A stretch of DNA of 64,000 nt from Nymphaea colorata (lineage: Eukaryota): the NCBI RefSeq assembly GCF_008831285.2, contig NC_045138.2, forward strand, positions 38,750,001 to 38,814,000, read 5' to 3'. The notes beneath the pieces are model-generated. The model did not search any database. It was not told where the DNA came from and worked only from the letters and a program-made list of their open reading frames with translations. This document shows, in pieces, positions 1 through 14,655 of the stretch (position 1 is the first letter of the stretch; each line of letters begins with the position of its first letter). A program made the translations under genes and the position numbers.

Positions 1-449
1 TTTTTTAAGTTTTAAACGACACAGTTCAGCTCAATACCCAAATGAATAATCACAATACATTGTTAATTATATGTATTATAAAAATAAAATGGGAATTTAA
101 TAGCCTCTAATGTGAGATCTGAGGCTAGCATGGGCCCATGAGGATCCTGAAACTATGAATCATTAGGCTGAACCCCAAAATACTATTTAGAAAAAATAGT
201 AATAGTAAATTAGTAGGGCTATTGACACACAAGCTAAATATAAGAATATATAAGAAAAAATTCGATCACCCCTTATATATTTAATACCTTCTCCTAGAAA
301 GAAACTTGCAATGCCGATCCCATTAGTAACTCCATCAAATACTCGTCGAATGAGCTAGTTGAGCTAATCCTTGTCCACTCCTAATGAATACTTTTTCGTA
401 ATAAACTCTATGTAGCTATGATTGTATGACCGGTTGTATATGACATCTA

Positions 450-900
450 TTATTTGTTCCAAACGAATTCTCATTTTAGAATCTATTTTAGTCAATGAAT
501 TGATTAAGTACAAATTTTGTTGATCTGAATAGACACTAGGAAAGAAACTGAAGATTTCACTTTGTACCTTTGATCAAAAAAACAATCTTATTGATTTTGT
601 ACCCTTCATTCGATGACAAAATGGACCATATTCCACGAGATCAAACCCATAGGACTTAAGGAATGATGGAAGGGGATAAAATAAAAGAAGAAGGAAAGAA
701 AAAGAATAAGATTTCAAATGGACAAATTCAAACTCTAAAATGTTCTTTCGAGAAAGATCTCTTATTCTTATTATATGTATAAGATTATAAGATCGTGATT
801 TGATCCGCATATGTTTGTTTTGTAAAAGAAATATCATAATTCAAAATGAAAAGTGTTCAAATGAAACATGACAATGTGACTCAATTGGTCCTAGTTACTC
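450..900 (+). other. NUPT: decayed plastid inverted-repeat DNA (trnV-GAC to 3'-rps12 spacer / 3' half of the trans-spliced rps12 intron 1); left boundary uncertain
   Basis: Contains 'aaacccataggacttaaggaatgatggaaggg', 'tataagatcgtgatttgatccgcatatgtttg' and 'gtgactcaattggtcctagttactc', recalled as collinear with the angiosperm plastome upstream of rps12 exon 2. Similarity stops abruptly at ~900. Confidence 0.7.
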
Positions 901-2681
901 TTTTCTGCATTTTAAGCTGAGGGGCGCTAGGAGTTCCTAATGTCAAACTGCCTTTTATGTGCACAAATGATATAAAGAACCAAATATTTATGAAATAATG
1001 GAAATTCATGAGCTGGGGGGCCCGCTACATATGCATGATTTTTGTCAATGTAATGTAGATATCAAATAGTTATAAAATCTACCATTTGCCTTACCGGTGG
1101 ATTTTGTTTTAACATGAATATTTCAACCTATAATATGAAATTGGAGACCATCAAACATAGACTTAGCGCGTGAAAAAACAAAGGATGGGCTCCAAGTTGA
1201 CCACGCCACATCTTGTCATAAAAGTTATACAAACACGGCTGGTAAAATCTGTCTCAATCGGCCAATTCAAATCGAAATTGACTCTTTTTTTATTGGATAG
1301 GTAGTCGATTAAGGAGGAATCATATTCCATTATTGTAATTTTTAGTATTATTTTTACTTTTTAAATCTTCTATTTTTTTTCATTGTCATAATTTCAATCT
1401 GCAGATTGACCATTAATCTGATTTATGAATCTTTTGACTTTTTTTTTTTCGATTCAGAGTCGATTTTAATAATGTTTTTGGAGACCAAGTGCTTTGATTG
1501 ATTGATGAATTGACGGTCAAATATTTGAGATGCTAATGAATATATAATTAAGGCCATATGTTTACGATTTTTTTTTTTAAAAAAAATCTTCGTTAACCTA
1601 ATAATTACAAGTTGACAATTCTATATGCGCCTCTTTGTTCTTAAGACATCCATTGCCGACATTAGCACTCCCAATCGGTGTTGTGAAAAATGTTTCGTCC
1701 TCAAGTGTATCGCCCGAGACACATTGTATCGGCATTAGCTTCACCAATATGATACACTATTTACACTTTTTTCATTTATTTTTCTATCTTTATTTTAAAT
1801 CAATTTAAAGCACTTTAAGTTATTTTCGAGTTTGACGGAGATGAAAGCAAAGAACATTATGTAACGATACGTATCTGCCGATACGCTGCATCGCTAAGCA
1901 AACCAAACCGATGCGGCGGCCATGATCCGATCCGTCCATTACTTATTTCGCTGTATTTGGCAGCTTTCCTTGTTCAGTCAACCAAATTTTGTTATTTCAC
2001 TAACTTAAAGAAATTTGATCGAATAGTTTACATATATAAATTTGTTCTCAATTATATATAACATGCATGAACTAAAAGTTGTTAATTAATGCTAGATGAT
2101 TTAAACATATCATGTATAGAGATACATTTGTATATGGTTTCATATGGTATTCTTAAACTTTATCTTGTAATTCTAACTCCAAAAATGTAAAAATTTTAAA
2201 AACAAATAGTTTTTTGGGGTTTAGGTTTGGTTGATAAGCGAAAAAAATCTAAAATTCTTCATCTTCAAACTGTCTTTTAACATACGCAATTGGTCCACAT
2301 ATATGGCTGGTTTCATAAAAAACATCTCCAACTCATGAATAGAACACAAATCGCTTTTTTACGTTTAAATTGGATTCTGCAAAGAAACAAACGTAAGAAA
2401 GTTGTCTTAGAACCCTGGATATCATAAACTCGATATACAATTTATTCAAGTGCTTGAATTCATCCAAAAAAAAAAAAAAAAAAACTTGCAATAACATAGT
2501 CAACACTTTAGACGTCATATTCAATACTTTAGTCTTCATATTTGCGCATATAGATTGTGTGTGTGTGTGTGTATGTGTGAGGGCGAGACAATTGCCATTA
2601 AAGCAGGTAATTTTCGAGCAGTTCGAAATAATGGTCCCTACTAAAAGTCAAGATTGCACATTTCTCTTATGTAGGCAGACT

Positions 2682-3240
2682 CAGGGATAGAGGCAAAATT
2701 ATAGTTTCAAAATTTTGACAGGGGCCAAAATATCATGTTTCAAAATGTTATATACATAAATGATTTTTTTTTAAATTTACATGTATTTTTTTTTTTGAAA
2801 AAAATTGAGTGGGTGCCAAGGGTGTCGCCGATCCACACTCTTTAAGGATCTATGGTATTCCATGCATGGAGAGATTCGAGCATACCGCCCTTCAAATATC
2901 GGATCTCTTTGAATCATGATAGGACAAAGTAAGGGGGCCTTGATCGTTACTTTAGGTGCAGTGCTATGAAATACTCGCAAAGCTTTGCATTAGGGCTTAT
3001 TTTGTTCATCTGACCAAACCCATATGATAATGTTGACGAAGCCCAGCTATTAAACGTGCCTCTCTCAGGGGTGGAGCTAGGAATTTTTCATTGGGGGGAA
3101 AACGGTGGCGAATTATAGCTTCAAAATTTTAACAGTAGCTGAAAATATAATTTTTTTAAAAAAAATTTACATAGACTAATTGAAAAGTTTTGAAGAATAC
3201 ATTTGTTTCTGAAATTTTGAAGGGGGGCCAAATTTTTGAA
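2682..3240. mobile_element. Two decayed non-autonomous DNA-transposon (MITE-like) fragments of the CAGGGGCGGAGC-ended type
   Basis: 3067 'caggggtggagctaggaatttttc' and 2682 'cagggatagaggcaaaatt' share the internal block 'tatagyttcaaaattttracag...aaatttacat' with each other and with ~10833-11020. Confidence 0.5.
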
Positions 3241-4913
3241 GAATACAGTAGAGTTCTTAACCGGATCCCGGTATCGACACCCAAATCCAAGATCCATAAT
3301 TTTGGGTGTTTCTTTGCTAAAACGCAACCACAAGTCCTCTCCAGCCACCACTATAAACCCTTTGAAGATCTTAACCATCCATGTACTATGAATTTTCCGC
3401 AAATATTTAGGCAGACTCTTACAAGATCTGACCAAAAGACATGCTCAGAGTGCTTATTCAATAAAATCATATAAATAATTGGCAATTGGATGCTCTAATC
3501 TTAATTAAGAGGAAGATTTGATCGACCAACTAAGTAAGCGCATGCACCGATCTTGACGTCATCAAGACCTCGCAGATTGATGGTGGGGACGTTGGATCAT
3601 TTTAAGAACGTGATCTGCTTCATAATCAGATGACCATCAACTCCAGTCTCATTATCTTAGTCAATAATTGATCCTAATGACAGCTTATGTCGGACTAATC
3701 TCAAGCATGCACTGCTCGCTTTCTATCCACAAAATAAATAAATAGTAAAAGAAAAAAAACTTAATTTAAACACGAGGCAAGAGTTAACCAGGGTTTAAAA
3801 CCCACAACCGGTATCTCCTGCGGCCAAAAAGTTGGCAAGTTAACCAGGGTTAACTTGTAACCCCCAAGAGGTTGAATGAAATGAATGCAGGGGTTCATGC
3901 ACCGATTTGTTGCAAGAAACTTTACAAAATGTTTATGGTGGGCTCAAGGGTCATGAATTTTGTGTTTTATATATATATATATATATTAGGAGAATGAGAC
4001 AAACGATATGGTTAGAAAATTAAACTAAACTATATAAAATGAAAGGAAAAGGAAAAAGGAAAGAAAACAAAGGGGGCTCTATCCGACAAACGCTTTCCCC
4101 CTTTTTCCTTTTTAGCGACGGATCGAGTTCATGTGTAATATTAAACCAAGGTAACTGAAGGCCCTTTTCCCTTGCAATCTCTTGCTATTATTTTTACAAG
4201 TTATGTATTGATACGACTTTCTGAAAAATCATGAGTCCCTATTAGGAATATCAGGAAATTGGTTTTCTGCCTTGAGCGAGCTTGACTCCTGTTGTTATAA
4301 TAAAGGTCACTGCCATTTGTTGACTGCTTTAATGGCTTTTGCAAACATAGAAAGGACCATATATGGCGCGTCCGGTCAAGGACCCAAGGACCCACACCGT
4401 GAGTGAGATGGACCCAGTCAATTCAAGAAAAGGACCTTGTTCGTGGACTCATCTTCCTTGGCTGGTAACTCCCACTGGATAGTACTTGTGCCAGGAAACA
4501 GACAGCTTGCATGGGCTGACGCCCCCATTAGCTTCACTTCGGCCATCGCCATCGCCATCGCCGCGCAAAGCTGCCTATAATGGATCGAGCAATACACCGG
4601 AGCTTGGACCACCGGAGTTTCAGGCGTCGCCGGGAGTTCTATGTCATATAATCTGCCAAATCACATTTTTGAAGCGATCTGCAGCCTCTGGACTTTGTTC
4701 CCTTGATCAACAGTCACCATCATAAGCATTAATCATCTTCTTCTTTCAGGGTCCACAAGGCCCGACATGTCTCCGGGATGTCGCATCATTCAAATTAAAA
4801 CGTTAACTTCTTGGTCATTTATGTGATCTTTGATGGTATGGTGAATTCTGCGGCCTGAGCATGAGATTTCTCATGGTGTTGTTCTTGTAAGTGTTGGTCG
4901 CTGATGTACGCCA

Positions 4914-4936
4914 TCTCTCTCTCTCTCTCTCTCTCT

Positions 4937-5010
<74 letters not shown>
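4914..5010. repeat. Compound (CT)n(AT)n microsatellite
   Basis: Directly visible. Confidence 0.95.
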
Positions 5011-5014
<4 letters not shown>

Positions 5015-6328
5015 GAAGCATATCTTGAAGCAAAAGAAGGATCCTTAGTTTGCTAAAAACACGAGAGAATGTAAGAAGAAAAATTCTTCTTAGCATCAGC
5101 ATGAAGATAGTTTGTTGTGGTGTCGACAAAGATTTTGAGTCTATTATAGTGCCGGCACGTCATGTTTTGGTTTTATGGATGTCTTGTTTTTATCATGCAT
5201 CAATGTTGTGGTTTTGGAGCATTTTTGTTATATGTGTTATTGAAAAATATGAAGTGAAATTCGTATGAACTGAATTTACTATACAATCAAAAGTTTGCCC
5301 ACTGTCTTTTTATTTGCATAGCTCATTTCAAATAGTTATATCGTTGCACATTGACGTTTTACGGGTTAACAAAAAACAAAATTATTTGAGAATAAAAAAG
5401 TTAGGTATATAATATATATACATATATATATATAAAAGCGATGACAAGTTTTCACTTCTCAAGTTTTTAAATCCCTTTTTAAGGCCATCAATGCACTAAC
5501 ATGGGTCTGGTTGGGCCGGAGCTGCGGCTTAATGTCCGAGGTCCGTGGCCGTTATCATAAACTGAAAGAGGTATACCCAACCCTAGGTTGCTTATCAAAA
5601 AAAAAAGTGAGAGAAAGAAAAAAAATGATGGACATTGATGTAATCATGGAACTATAATAAGTTGCTTTCGTAGTTCAATCTTACATGGTTCACTACAAGA
5701 ATTTCACTGTTTACTTGAGCAAAAAAAAAAACATCAGTAAAGATTGAAAAATGAATCAGCAAGAGTTTCACCCTAAAACTTTTTAATAAAATAGTCGGAA
5801 GCCTATACTTCAAGAGCGTTTGATTCAAAAAGTTTCAACTCCAAGAAGAAAAATCTGTTCACGTTCACATTCACACGGTCAGAAATAGTCATTGATTGAT
5901 GCAACCAATCAGATATCAAAGCCAGAGTTCAATCCCTCCAATAGAAATGGAGATTTCCTGGTGATCAAGGTTGTAGTTAATACGAGTCTTATAGACTTAA
6001 TTATGTGAATCCTGATGGTGATTTGGCATTGTCTTCCATCAATTCATGCTCCAGTATCAGTGCATGCATTTCGAGCAAGCTGTAGACGTTAAAATTTTAA
6101 ACATCATGTCTGCTTGACCCATCATTGTGAAATAAATTAGATTAAAGATATTTAATTTCTTGTCAAATAATGATTTGATTAGTGGCCACAACCTTTTTAT
6201 TAATTTTCTTGGGTGATTGGTAGCTCCCTAGCTAGCCTATGCAACATATACTCTATTTTTTTTCTTTTTGTTAATTTCGTTTTAACTTTGGATCACCTGA
6301 TCTTGCCCTTACATAGGGTACTCCTTAA

Positions 6329-6441
<113 letters not shown>

Positions 6442-7319
6442 TGTATATGTGGAGAACTTGGGATAGGCGAAGGTTAACTAGTTTATATAAAGAGATAGAT
6501 GTCGGTGGGGCATGACCTTTTTGATCTCCTTTAGCTTAAAAGTTTGAAGTGAGGTATACCAAACTGTTACTGACATGTTTTATATTTTTCAATCAAACTT
6601 CACCAATCTATATATAAAAAGGCTCCAAATTTTATGTATCTATTAGAGCATTCCCTCTATTTTAAGTTGATTCTTGTAATTAAATCAAGAGATCAAAGCA
6701 GATTCTTATTTGAAAAGCTAAAAAAAAAAAGGATGCCTGGATTTATGATAAGTGGCATTTGAACAATCTGGTGCCAACATAAGTTCCTTGCTAAGGGAGA
6801 TCGATTGTTTAAACAAACAGTGGATTTCAGATTCATGATTTTCAAATCTCTAAAAGCCAACAATCTAAAGTCTGACCCAAAAAAGTCTAGTTTGAAATCC
6901 GTAGTTTTCATATTTGTAGGAATTTCTTAGATCCAAGGCAATCAAACGGGACCTGTTAAGGTCTAAGTTGCAATTTTCCTCTGAAAATGAAGAAAACAAC
7001 ATGAAAATAAAATGAATGTTCATGAACAAACCGAGTGACTTCCAAGAAGGCAAGAAATAAATAAATAAATAAGATTGAGGACAATGAAAAATTAGGGAGT
7101 GGGGTCATGGTGACATACACCATGATGGGTAGTTGACGAGGAGCGCATACTGAGCGGTAGAGCAGTGGGTAGGTTGTCGCTATTCTCTCTACATTGGAGC
7201 GGGACCCGCCGGACTTGCCATCATTCACGAACCCATCCACTGCTTGAAAGGGAAGAATCCGGCGGCGGGTCCCGCCGTTGATGCCACCCCCATGTGACCA
7301 TAACTGCTACCAAGAATGG

Positions 7320-7468
<149 letters not shown>

Positions 7469-9132
7469 CGCACTTGTGGTTTGATTGAGGATGGAGTAGC
7501 TCATCAACCAATCTTTCAATCTTTTGATGGCAATTCACCATGAAACAGTAGATTGTGTCTTGTCGCAAAAAGAGCAATGACTTTTTAGTTTGCCAGCATT
7601 TCACTTCGATAAGAAAAGAGAGAAGCAGTAGCATGCCTGGGTTTAACCATGCGATCTACTCTAATTGCTACTGTGGTGGAACTTTAGATGCTAATTTGAT
7701 GTTAAATCTAACAGTAAGCTCCATGTACTAGGCTTCATCGCCGTCAACGCAAAGAAAACTAATGCAATCGAAGAACTAGAACGGAGGTTATAAGGGTCGT
7801 CATATTGTTCGTGTTCATAGTGAAACTAAATGAAAAAACTGAAAGCAAAAGTCATGTTTGGAGTGATAAAATTAATATAATACATGGTTGAGGGCTATGT
7901 ATGAGACCAGTTTATTGATATCCTGCAACATAAAGCCATTTCCATGTACTTTTTTGTCCCTTTTCTATGTTGGTGTAGGAAGAACTCTAATCTTTTCGTC
8001 AGTTGCATGCTCCAGAGCAAGAAGACTGAGGCTAGTAAATATGTTTCGAAACCTAGCCGGGCTAGCTGAGTTTTTTCAGAGGTCAGATGCTCTTTCTTTG
8101 CTGTTTTAAGAAGGTGCAAAACCTCCAAAGCAAAGCAAACCTTTTTACTTTCTCCCCCTGCAGATTGCCTCTAAGTTTTGGAGGTCTTAATGATAAGCCG
8201 TGGTACAGTACCAGGAGACGTGACAAATTACATGTACTTGGTTGGTGGCAGAGAAAATGACTGCTTGTGTATTTACGCAGTCAATTTTTGTTTGAAATGT
8301 GTCGATTTGTACCAAGAGACCGAGAATTCATGGCGTCTTGTATATATAGATGTATATCTTGGTAGATTCGTCTTGTCTATTTACACTCCTGTCATTTTGC
8401 GTATTTTGTCAGTGCATGGCCGAGTTTGTTCAGGAACAGTGAAAGTTATTATGCAGCAGGAAGGCACCAATCGACAGAGAGATGATCGGAGAACGATCGA
8501 TCGTGACTGCCGGGAGCTAGCTTTGATCCGTTTCTGATCTCCTATCCTCTTCTTCCGCTTCTTCATCGATCAAGTTGCTGGAAGAATTGAACAAACACGT
8601 GCCCGCACACAAACACAGGGAGAAAGAGACGGAGAGAGCAAGAGAGACTGCCGTGAATATGTTAGGCTAGTTTCCTTCTTAGCTTAACTAGCAGAATAAG
8701 AAACTTCGAACCATTGAAACCAAAGATTCATCTAAATGTTGGGATAGATTTGCAAAGGGAGAGATTGTGCTCGTGCATGTGAGAAAGATCCAGAGAGAGA
8801 GAGGGAAGAAGCGAGAGAGAGTTTCATTTACAATCTCTTCATTTAACATCACAACTCAGATTGGACGGAAACCATTCTCCGAGCTGCTTCACTAGAGCAT
8901 ATAGGTAGATACCAGAAACACCAAAAATGAAAGACGGAAAGTAAGAAATGAGAAATCATACGATCGAGCAGGTATCATATTATACTACGAGTGCTTCAAT
9001 GTCATGCTTCTTCGTCTCTTGTCTTTACACGTATAAGCATGAAGGCCCGCGCTATAGCTTCTCCATTCACACGAAACCCGGGAAATTAAGGAAGATGGAT
9101 GGAACTATGTTACTTGGGCAGACATGAAAGCT

Positions 9133-9747
9133 CTAGAATAGATCATAGAACTGCAACTTCCCGTGGGGATGTCCCTCGAAACCTACCAAACAAGCGTACA
9201 AATCCTCCATGCTGACAGCACCATTCTCCATCTTCACTCCGCCGGCGCCGCTGCCGCCACCACCGCCGCTGCTGCCGGCGTCTTCTTCCTCCTTTCTACC
9301 ACTCTCCTCGCTGCTCTTTCCCTCGACGGCCGACCCGCATTCCTCGTCAAAGCCCCGGAGCTCGATGCCGCAGTTCTTCTTGAGCAGCTCCCTGGCGCAC
9401 TGGAGCTCGGCGCCGAGCCTGGCCACCTCCTTCTCCAGCCTCCTTTTCTCCGACACCACCGACTCCATCTGCAGCTTCATGGAGTTGTAGTCGAGCTCGA
9501 GCCTCTGCGTCTTCCACCTCGCCCTCTTGTTCTGGTACCAGATCGCGACCTGCCGCGGGTGCAGGCCCAGATCGTAGGCGAGCTGGACCTTCCTCTGCGG
9601 CTCCAGCTTCTTCTCCAAGCTGAAGCTCATCTCCAAGAACTTGACCTGCTCCTCGCTGAGCCTCTTCTTGTAAGGCCTGGGCGGCTGCTCCTTGGCGAAG
9701 CATCCCAGCAGGGCGTCCCCGCGCGCCTTCTTCTGATAGGCGTCCAT
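9133..9747 (-). CDS. Class I homeodomain-leucine zipper transcription factor, ATHB52-like, intronless, 204 aa (MDAYQKK...QFYDLF)
   Basis: Homeodomain [16 protein letters not shown]...[28 protein letters not shown] followed by heptad leucines. High GC3 begins at ATG 9747. No intron. Confidence 0.9.
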   Translation of the reverse strand: MDAYQKKARGDALLGCFAKEQPPRPYKKRLSEEQVKFLEMSFSLEKKLEPQRKVQLAYDLGLHPRQVAIWYQNKRARWKTQRLELDYNSMKLQMESVVSEKRRLEKEVARLGAELQCARELLKKNCGIELRGFDEECGSAVEGKSSEESGRKEEEDAGSSGGGGGSGAGGVKMENGAVSMEDLYACLVGFEGHPHGKLQFYDLF

Positions 9748-10832
9748 CAAGCAATCAAAAACCAGGAAGAGAATATCAGATGAGAGAGTGAGAAGGGGAG
9801 GAGGTTTAAGAGTGGTGGGGAGGGAGGGGGGATAAAGGGAGAGGAGAGGTCGATGAGCGTGGGATTCACGTGAGGGTCGGACCCGCCAGGTTATATTTTG
9901 AAATGCTGCATTGGTGGTGGTGGTGGCGATGGTATTGGTGGGGGAGGAAGAGATAGAGAAAGAGAAGGAGGAGGAAGAAGACGACGACGACGACGATGAT
10001 GATGATGAGAAGGGGGAGAAGTCGAGTGGGAAAGGGCTCGGGGGAGAGAGCGACAGGTTACGTGCATTTAGAAGAAAAGGTTGGGAGGAGGGAGTGGTGG
10101 GTCTGCGACTGTGGTTACGTCCGACTGATAAGTCATGTCGTTTGGAGGGGGAACCGCGTCCACACCCCCCTTGTGCCCACTTGTTTTTCGGTGGCCTCTC
10201 TCTCTCTATCTCTTCCTCTCTTTCCCTTTGTTTCTTTTTCCTCCCCTCCTTCTCTGTTGTTCTCACGCTCTCTCTTTTGTTTCTTTTCTCATTCTTATTC
10301 TTCGCCGGAGTTGTATTATTTTCCTCTTTGTTTATGCAAATTCCATATGTTATGTTTTTGTATATACAGTTAGTAGGCAAAGAAGAAAGAATTTCTCCAG
10401 TATATCTGAAAACCTAGAAGAAAATACACCAACACTTCAGTGTCCAGTCGCTACTGGTATTCTAAAACGATAGGGACAAGGGTGGGGGTTTAGTCTTCTT
10501 ATTTTATTAGATAATAAGATGAAATCTTCTTCCTTCCTGCTCACCTAACATTACATGTATATGTTGATGAACCGATTTTATAAAACAAAATGTTTTACCT
10601 AAAATGAGGCACGTTAGAGGGATGAAAAGAAAATTATGTGAATAGGCAAATGGGTTGTTCCTGACTTGGTTTGGTCACTTTTCATTGTTACATTCATGTA
10701 TTTTTCTGTCGTGTATGTGACCGCCGCGCTTGGCTCTATTCAGCCCATGATGATATGACAGGTACTATACAATATTTAAGCTGACAAATGGTCATTCAAG
10801 TCCATCTCCCACTCATTTAATTTAGTGAGGAT

Positions 10833-11480
10833 CAGGTAATAAAGCCAGAAATTTTTCATGGCCGAATTAAAATTTTAAAATTTTTGACACGATATAAAAT
10901 ATTATTTTTAAAATTTTTTATATAAGACAAATCAAATTTTTTAAAATTTACATGTAAATTTAAAAAATATATATATTTAAAGTGGGGTCAGAGTCCATGC
11001 GGGCCTCCCTTGGCAGCGAGGCTTATAGTGAATGTACAATATTCTGTTCAATTGAGCAAGACTTCAATTTGCATCTAAGTTCATTTTAAGAAGATTTGAA
11101 AAAAAAAAATCACTCCTAAACCCTCATGTAGATAGTGATAAAAGGGAAAAAAAAAGAAAAACCTAGAGGCACCATCGGAATCAGGCGGTCGCAGAGCCAG
11201 ATTACCAGACAAACAAGTAAATGAATATGAAACACTAATATGTAAATAAGTAATTGGTATGGGTTTGTATAGGCTATTATCAGTGGCAGCCCACATGTGG
11301 CTCCACCCCTATGGTAGACAGAGAGAGACTTAAAGCTAAACATATTTGATTAAAGGGTACCCACTATATATTTGAGGGGCATTTTATATGTAAATATATG
11401 CAAAGTATGAGTTATCGAATATATAAATAAATAAAGGATCTTTATTTGCCCTCACATGACCACATGTGGCTCTGCCCCTG
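10833..11480. mobile_element. Decayed MITE-like remnants in the HD-Zip upstream region
   Basis: Internal block shared with 2682-3240. Terminal motif 'ccacatgtggctc(c/t)(a/g)cccct' at ~11291 and ~11460. Confidence 0.45.
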
Positions 11481-12156
11481 CCTTTAAGGTAACAATGGCT
11501 AATGGCGGTGATTCCGCGATTCGGCCAATCCAGTGATCTAGCTGAATGGTTGTGAATCGGCAAAAAAATATATTACCGAAATAGCTTTTTGAAAACATAA
11601 ATAAATAAACATTTTAAAAAGTAAGCAAAATAAAAAGTTTAAATTTTTTAAAAGTGGCACTCTCAAATGAGCCACCAATCCAATCTGGCACCAGAAATTG
11701 TCCACAACCTAACTCCGCTGGATCCCAGTGTCATAGAAGCGTGTTTGGAAACCCCCTATTCTTTTCCCCAGAGGAAGGTGAATTTTCTCCAACTCCTACA
11801 AGCTCTCCCACATGCATGGTGAATCAAACCAAACACGGGTGAGATATTCTCAGAAAAGTTTTTTCCTGCCAGTGTCATCCCTTCCGCAGGACTGTGCGAC
11901 TAAAAGTTGCAGGATGTAGAAGGAGAGGATTGGGAATCCGTTGCTAAAAGCGATCAATTAAGGGTGCTGTTCCTGTAGGCGAGGAAATATTGTCCAGTGA
12001 TTTACCAACTGGAGACTTGCCAATTGTCGGGTGCGTGACAATGACCTCCCTTGCTTAATCGAAAGGAAAAATACAAACGATCTGATTCATCAATTCAACT
12101 ATGCAAGACATGTGCCTGCATCCTTTTCATTCATGAAATTTGTAATTTCTCATCAA

Positions 12157-12277
<121 letters not shown>

Positions 12278-14243
12278 ACTGATTGCAAGGAAGATAGCTT
12301 TCACTGCCACCACATTGGTATCCAAATGATAAGGACATAGAGACACTGGATTTTGCATAATTGTACTGTATTCTAGAAAGAGAAATAATGCTATGTTGAC
12401 CCCTCCAGAACCGTTCCACAAGTGTTGATCGAGTCCCATTTCTGTTAAAATGGAATAATCATTTCTTTCATTCTTTCTCTCTCTAGATCTCTCTCTCTCT
12501 CTCTCTCTTTTTTCTCTCTCTCTCTCCTCTCTGTTCATTTGCGGGTCCGGAATAGGAATACAATTATCAAGGTTGACCTGAACCAGATTTGATTTCATAA
12601 TGGCATGGCTAATGTGTCAATGCAGGTTATGCATTGCATAGAATAACTGAATAAGAACAGAGTTTCTATGATTTTCTTCTGTTGCAATAACAAAGTTATG
12701 CTGAAGAAAAATTGTTGTTTCCGCTATTGATCTCTTATCTACATCAAGTTTACTTATGAATTACTTGCATTATATTTGTTAGATGTGAAATGTTTGTGTT
12801 CCCGTCCCGAGCAAAGCATCTTGCTTTTGGTGTCCCCAAAATTAGGGGAACAAATGCGGCCTCCGGAGGGGTTGTGTTTGCGTCGAAAGGGAAGAACACA
12901 CAAGACGTTTACATCTTCGGTCCCGGAACATGTTCCGTTGTATAAAATGACGAAAATGACCCTACAAAATGCAAAAAGAGAGCCTAGAGGACAGAGTCAT
13001 TTTCCCATTATGTATTTTGGGAGGAAAAGTAGCATGGCCTTAGGATGTCGTTTGTGTCTAACCATCCTACTAGGTTCGGAGTATCTTTCCTACTCGGTCC
13101 CTACATCCCCCTATCTCCAGGCTCCTGAGCTGTGTTGGGGCCACTCAATGCTATTATATATATTGTAACCGCTCTTAGCGGATGCACTTTTTGCATCTCA
13201 ATTGAAATCCCCCTGTCCAAATATATTAAACTTATGCATTGATCCCCCTCTTTGACAAGCAAAAAAAAAAAAAAAGCTAGATTGAATCATATGTAGGTAA
13301 AAATTTTGGTTCAATTAAGTTGATCCCCTTGTCTAATAACATAACAGGCTTTTTATTAGCTCAATTTTAGATATAATATCAGGTCCCACTTAAATCCATA
13401 ATTGCATCAAATTTTTAGATCGGGGAATCACACGTTTAAGATTTTTAAAATATTCGAAATCCATTATTTTCAAGATAAAGAACAAGGGGCTTTGGCTTGA
13501 GACCCATGGACTTTAAGATGTAATGGTTATAAATCATAAGGAAATCTATATATTTTACATATAAAGGATTTCAAAGATATTTGTTGTAAAACAAGGATTA
13601 AAATCTAAGATTCCAAAATCTCATATGCTCATATTTAACTAGATGCATGGTTAAAGCAGTAATAAAACTCTGATGGTAGTACTCGCTCTGTTAAGACAGC
13701 AGTCGCATGCGCGTGTATGTGTGTATGTATGTATATATGCGTGTTGAGGGTAAATAACTACACAAAAGTGGTAGACATGACATGATGGGACTGTCGATGG
13801 CTTTGTTAGGCCGGTAATTGCGCGTGCGTACATGTGCATGTGTGTGAGAGGGAAAGAGAATATTCGATCACATCGAATCTCATGGTTAAAATTTACATTT
13901 TTGTATATAAAAAACAGTTACTATTTTGGCATTATATATATATATATATAGTCCAAATTTCCCTTCAGACTTCTCTGTGAGTGATGAATTTATATCGCCG
14001 GGAGAATTCACGTTGTACATAGTCATGTGAGCGTTTTTAGTAGGAAAATACTTGAGCTTATTGGCTGTGAGTTGTTGACAAGAGTTTGAATGAAAATCGG
14101 TTCATATTTTCTGTTAACATTGTTTTGTCATTCTCTCCATGTAAAAGTACTTCGTAAAAGAAGAAGATGAATTATTACGCTCTACTTCATTGGCATAAAA
14201 TGTGGACGTCGGAATCTTTTGTATTCAAACCATTACTTTTAGA

Positions 14244-14655
14244 TAGGGCTGCACAACTGGTTGAGCCAACTAAGGCTTTACTCGAACTCGCTTGAAAAAA
14301 CTTGGCTCGTGCTCCACTTGTTTATAAATGAATCGAGTTTAAGCTTACAAATATACTCGAAACGATAAATGAGTCGAGTTTGAGTTTTAGGAACTCGACT
14401 CATTTATACTCTACTCGACTCATACCAGAATTATATATAATATTGCCAAAACCGGTTCACTAAATTTTAACTTTTAGGGTAACAACAAATTTTTACAAGT
14501 TACACGAGTTAATGCTTACACGAGTTGAACGAGTTACATGAGTTAGCGCTTACACGAGTTAAAATGAGTTAATGCTTACACAAGTTAACGCTAAACCAGT
14601 TAAATGGGTCAAACAAGTCACTGGCCAAGCTCGGGCTTGACTCAGCTCGTGTGCT
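14244..14655. mobile_element. hAT-like MITE (TAGGGCTGCAC... terminus, GAGTCGAG/CTCGACTC subterminal motifs), 3' TIR truncated
   Basis: 5' end 'tagggctgcacaac', 3' end 'ctcagctcgtgtgc', with many actcg/cgagt subterminal repeats. Confidence 0.55.

Noticed and set aside
4440..4470. miR169-like 'CAGCCAAGGA' on the - strand
   Set aside because: The match ends after 10 nt and no complementary star arm was seen.
9748..10380. 211-codon in-frame N-terminal extension of the HD-Zip ORF (poly-Ser, poly-Thr)
   Set aside because: Low-complexity purine/pyrimidine and trinucleotide tracts of the UTR and promoter lack stops by composition. Coding-type GC3 starts only at ATG 9747.
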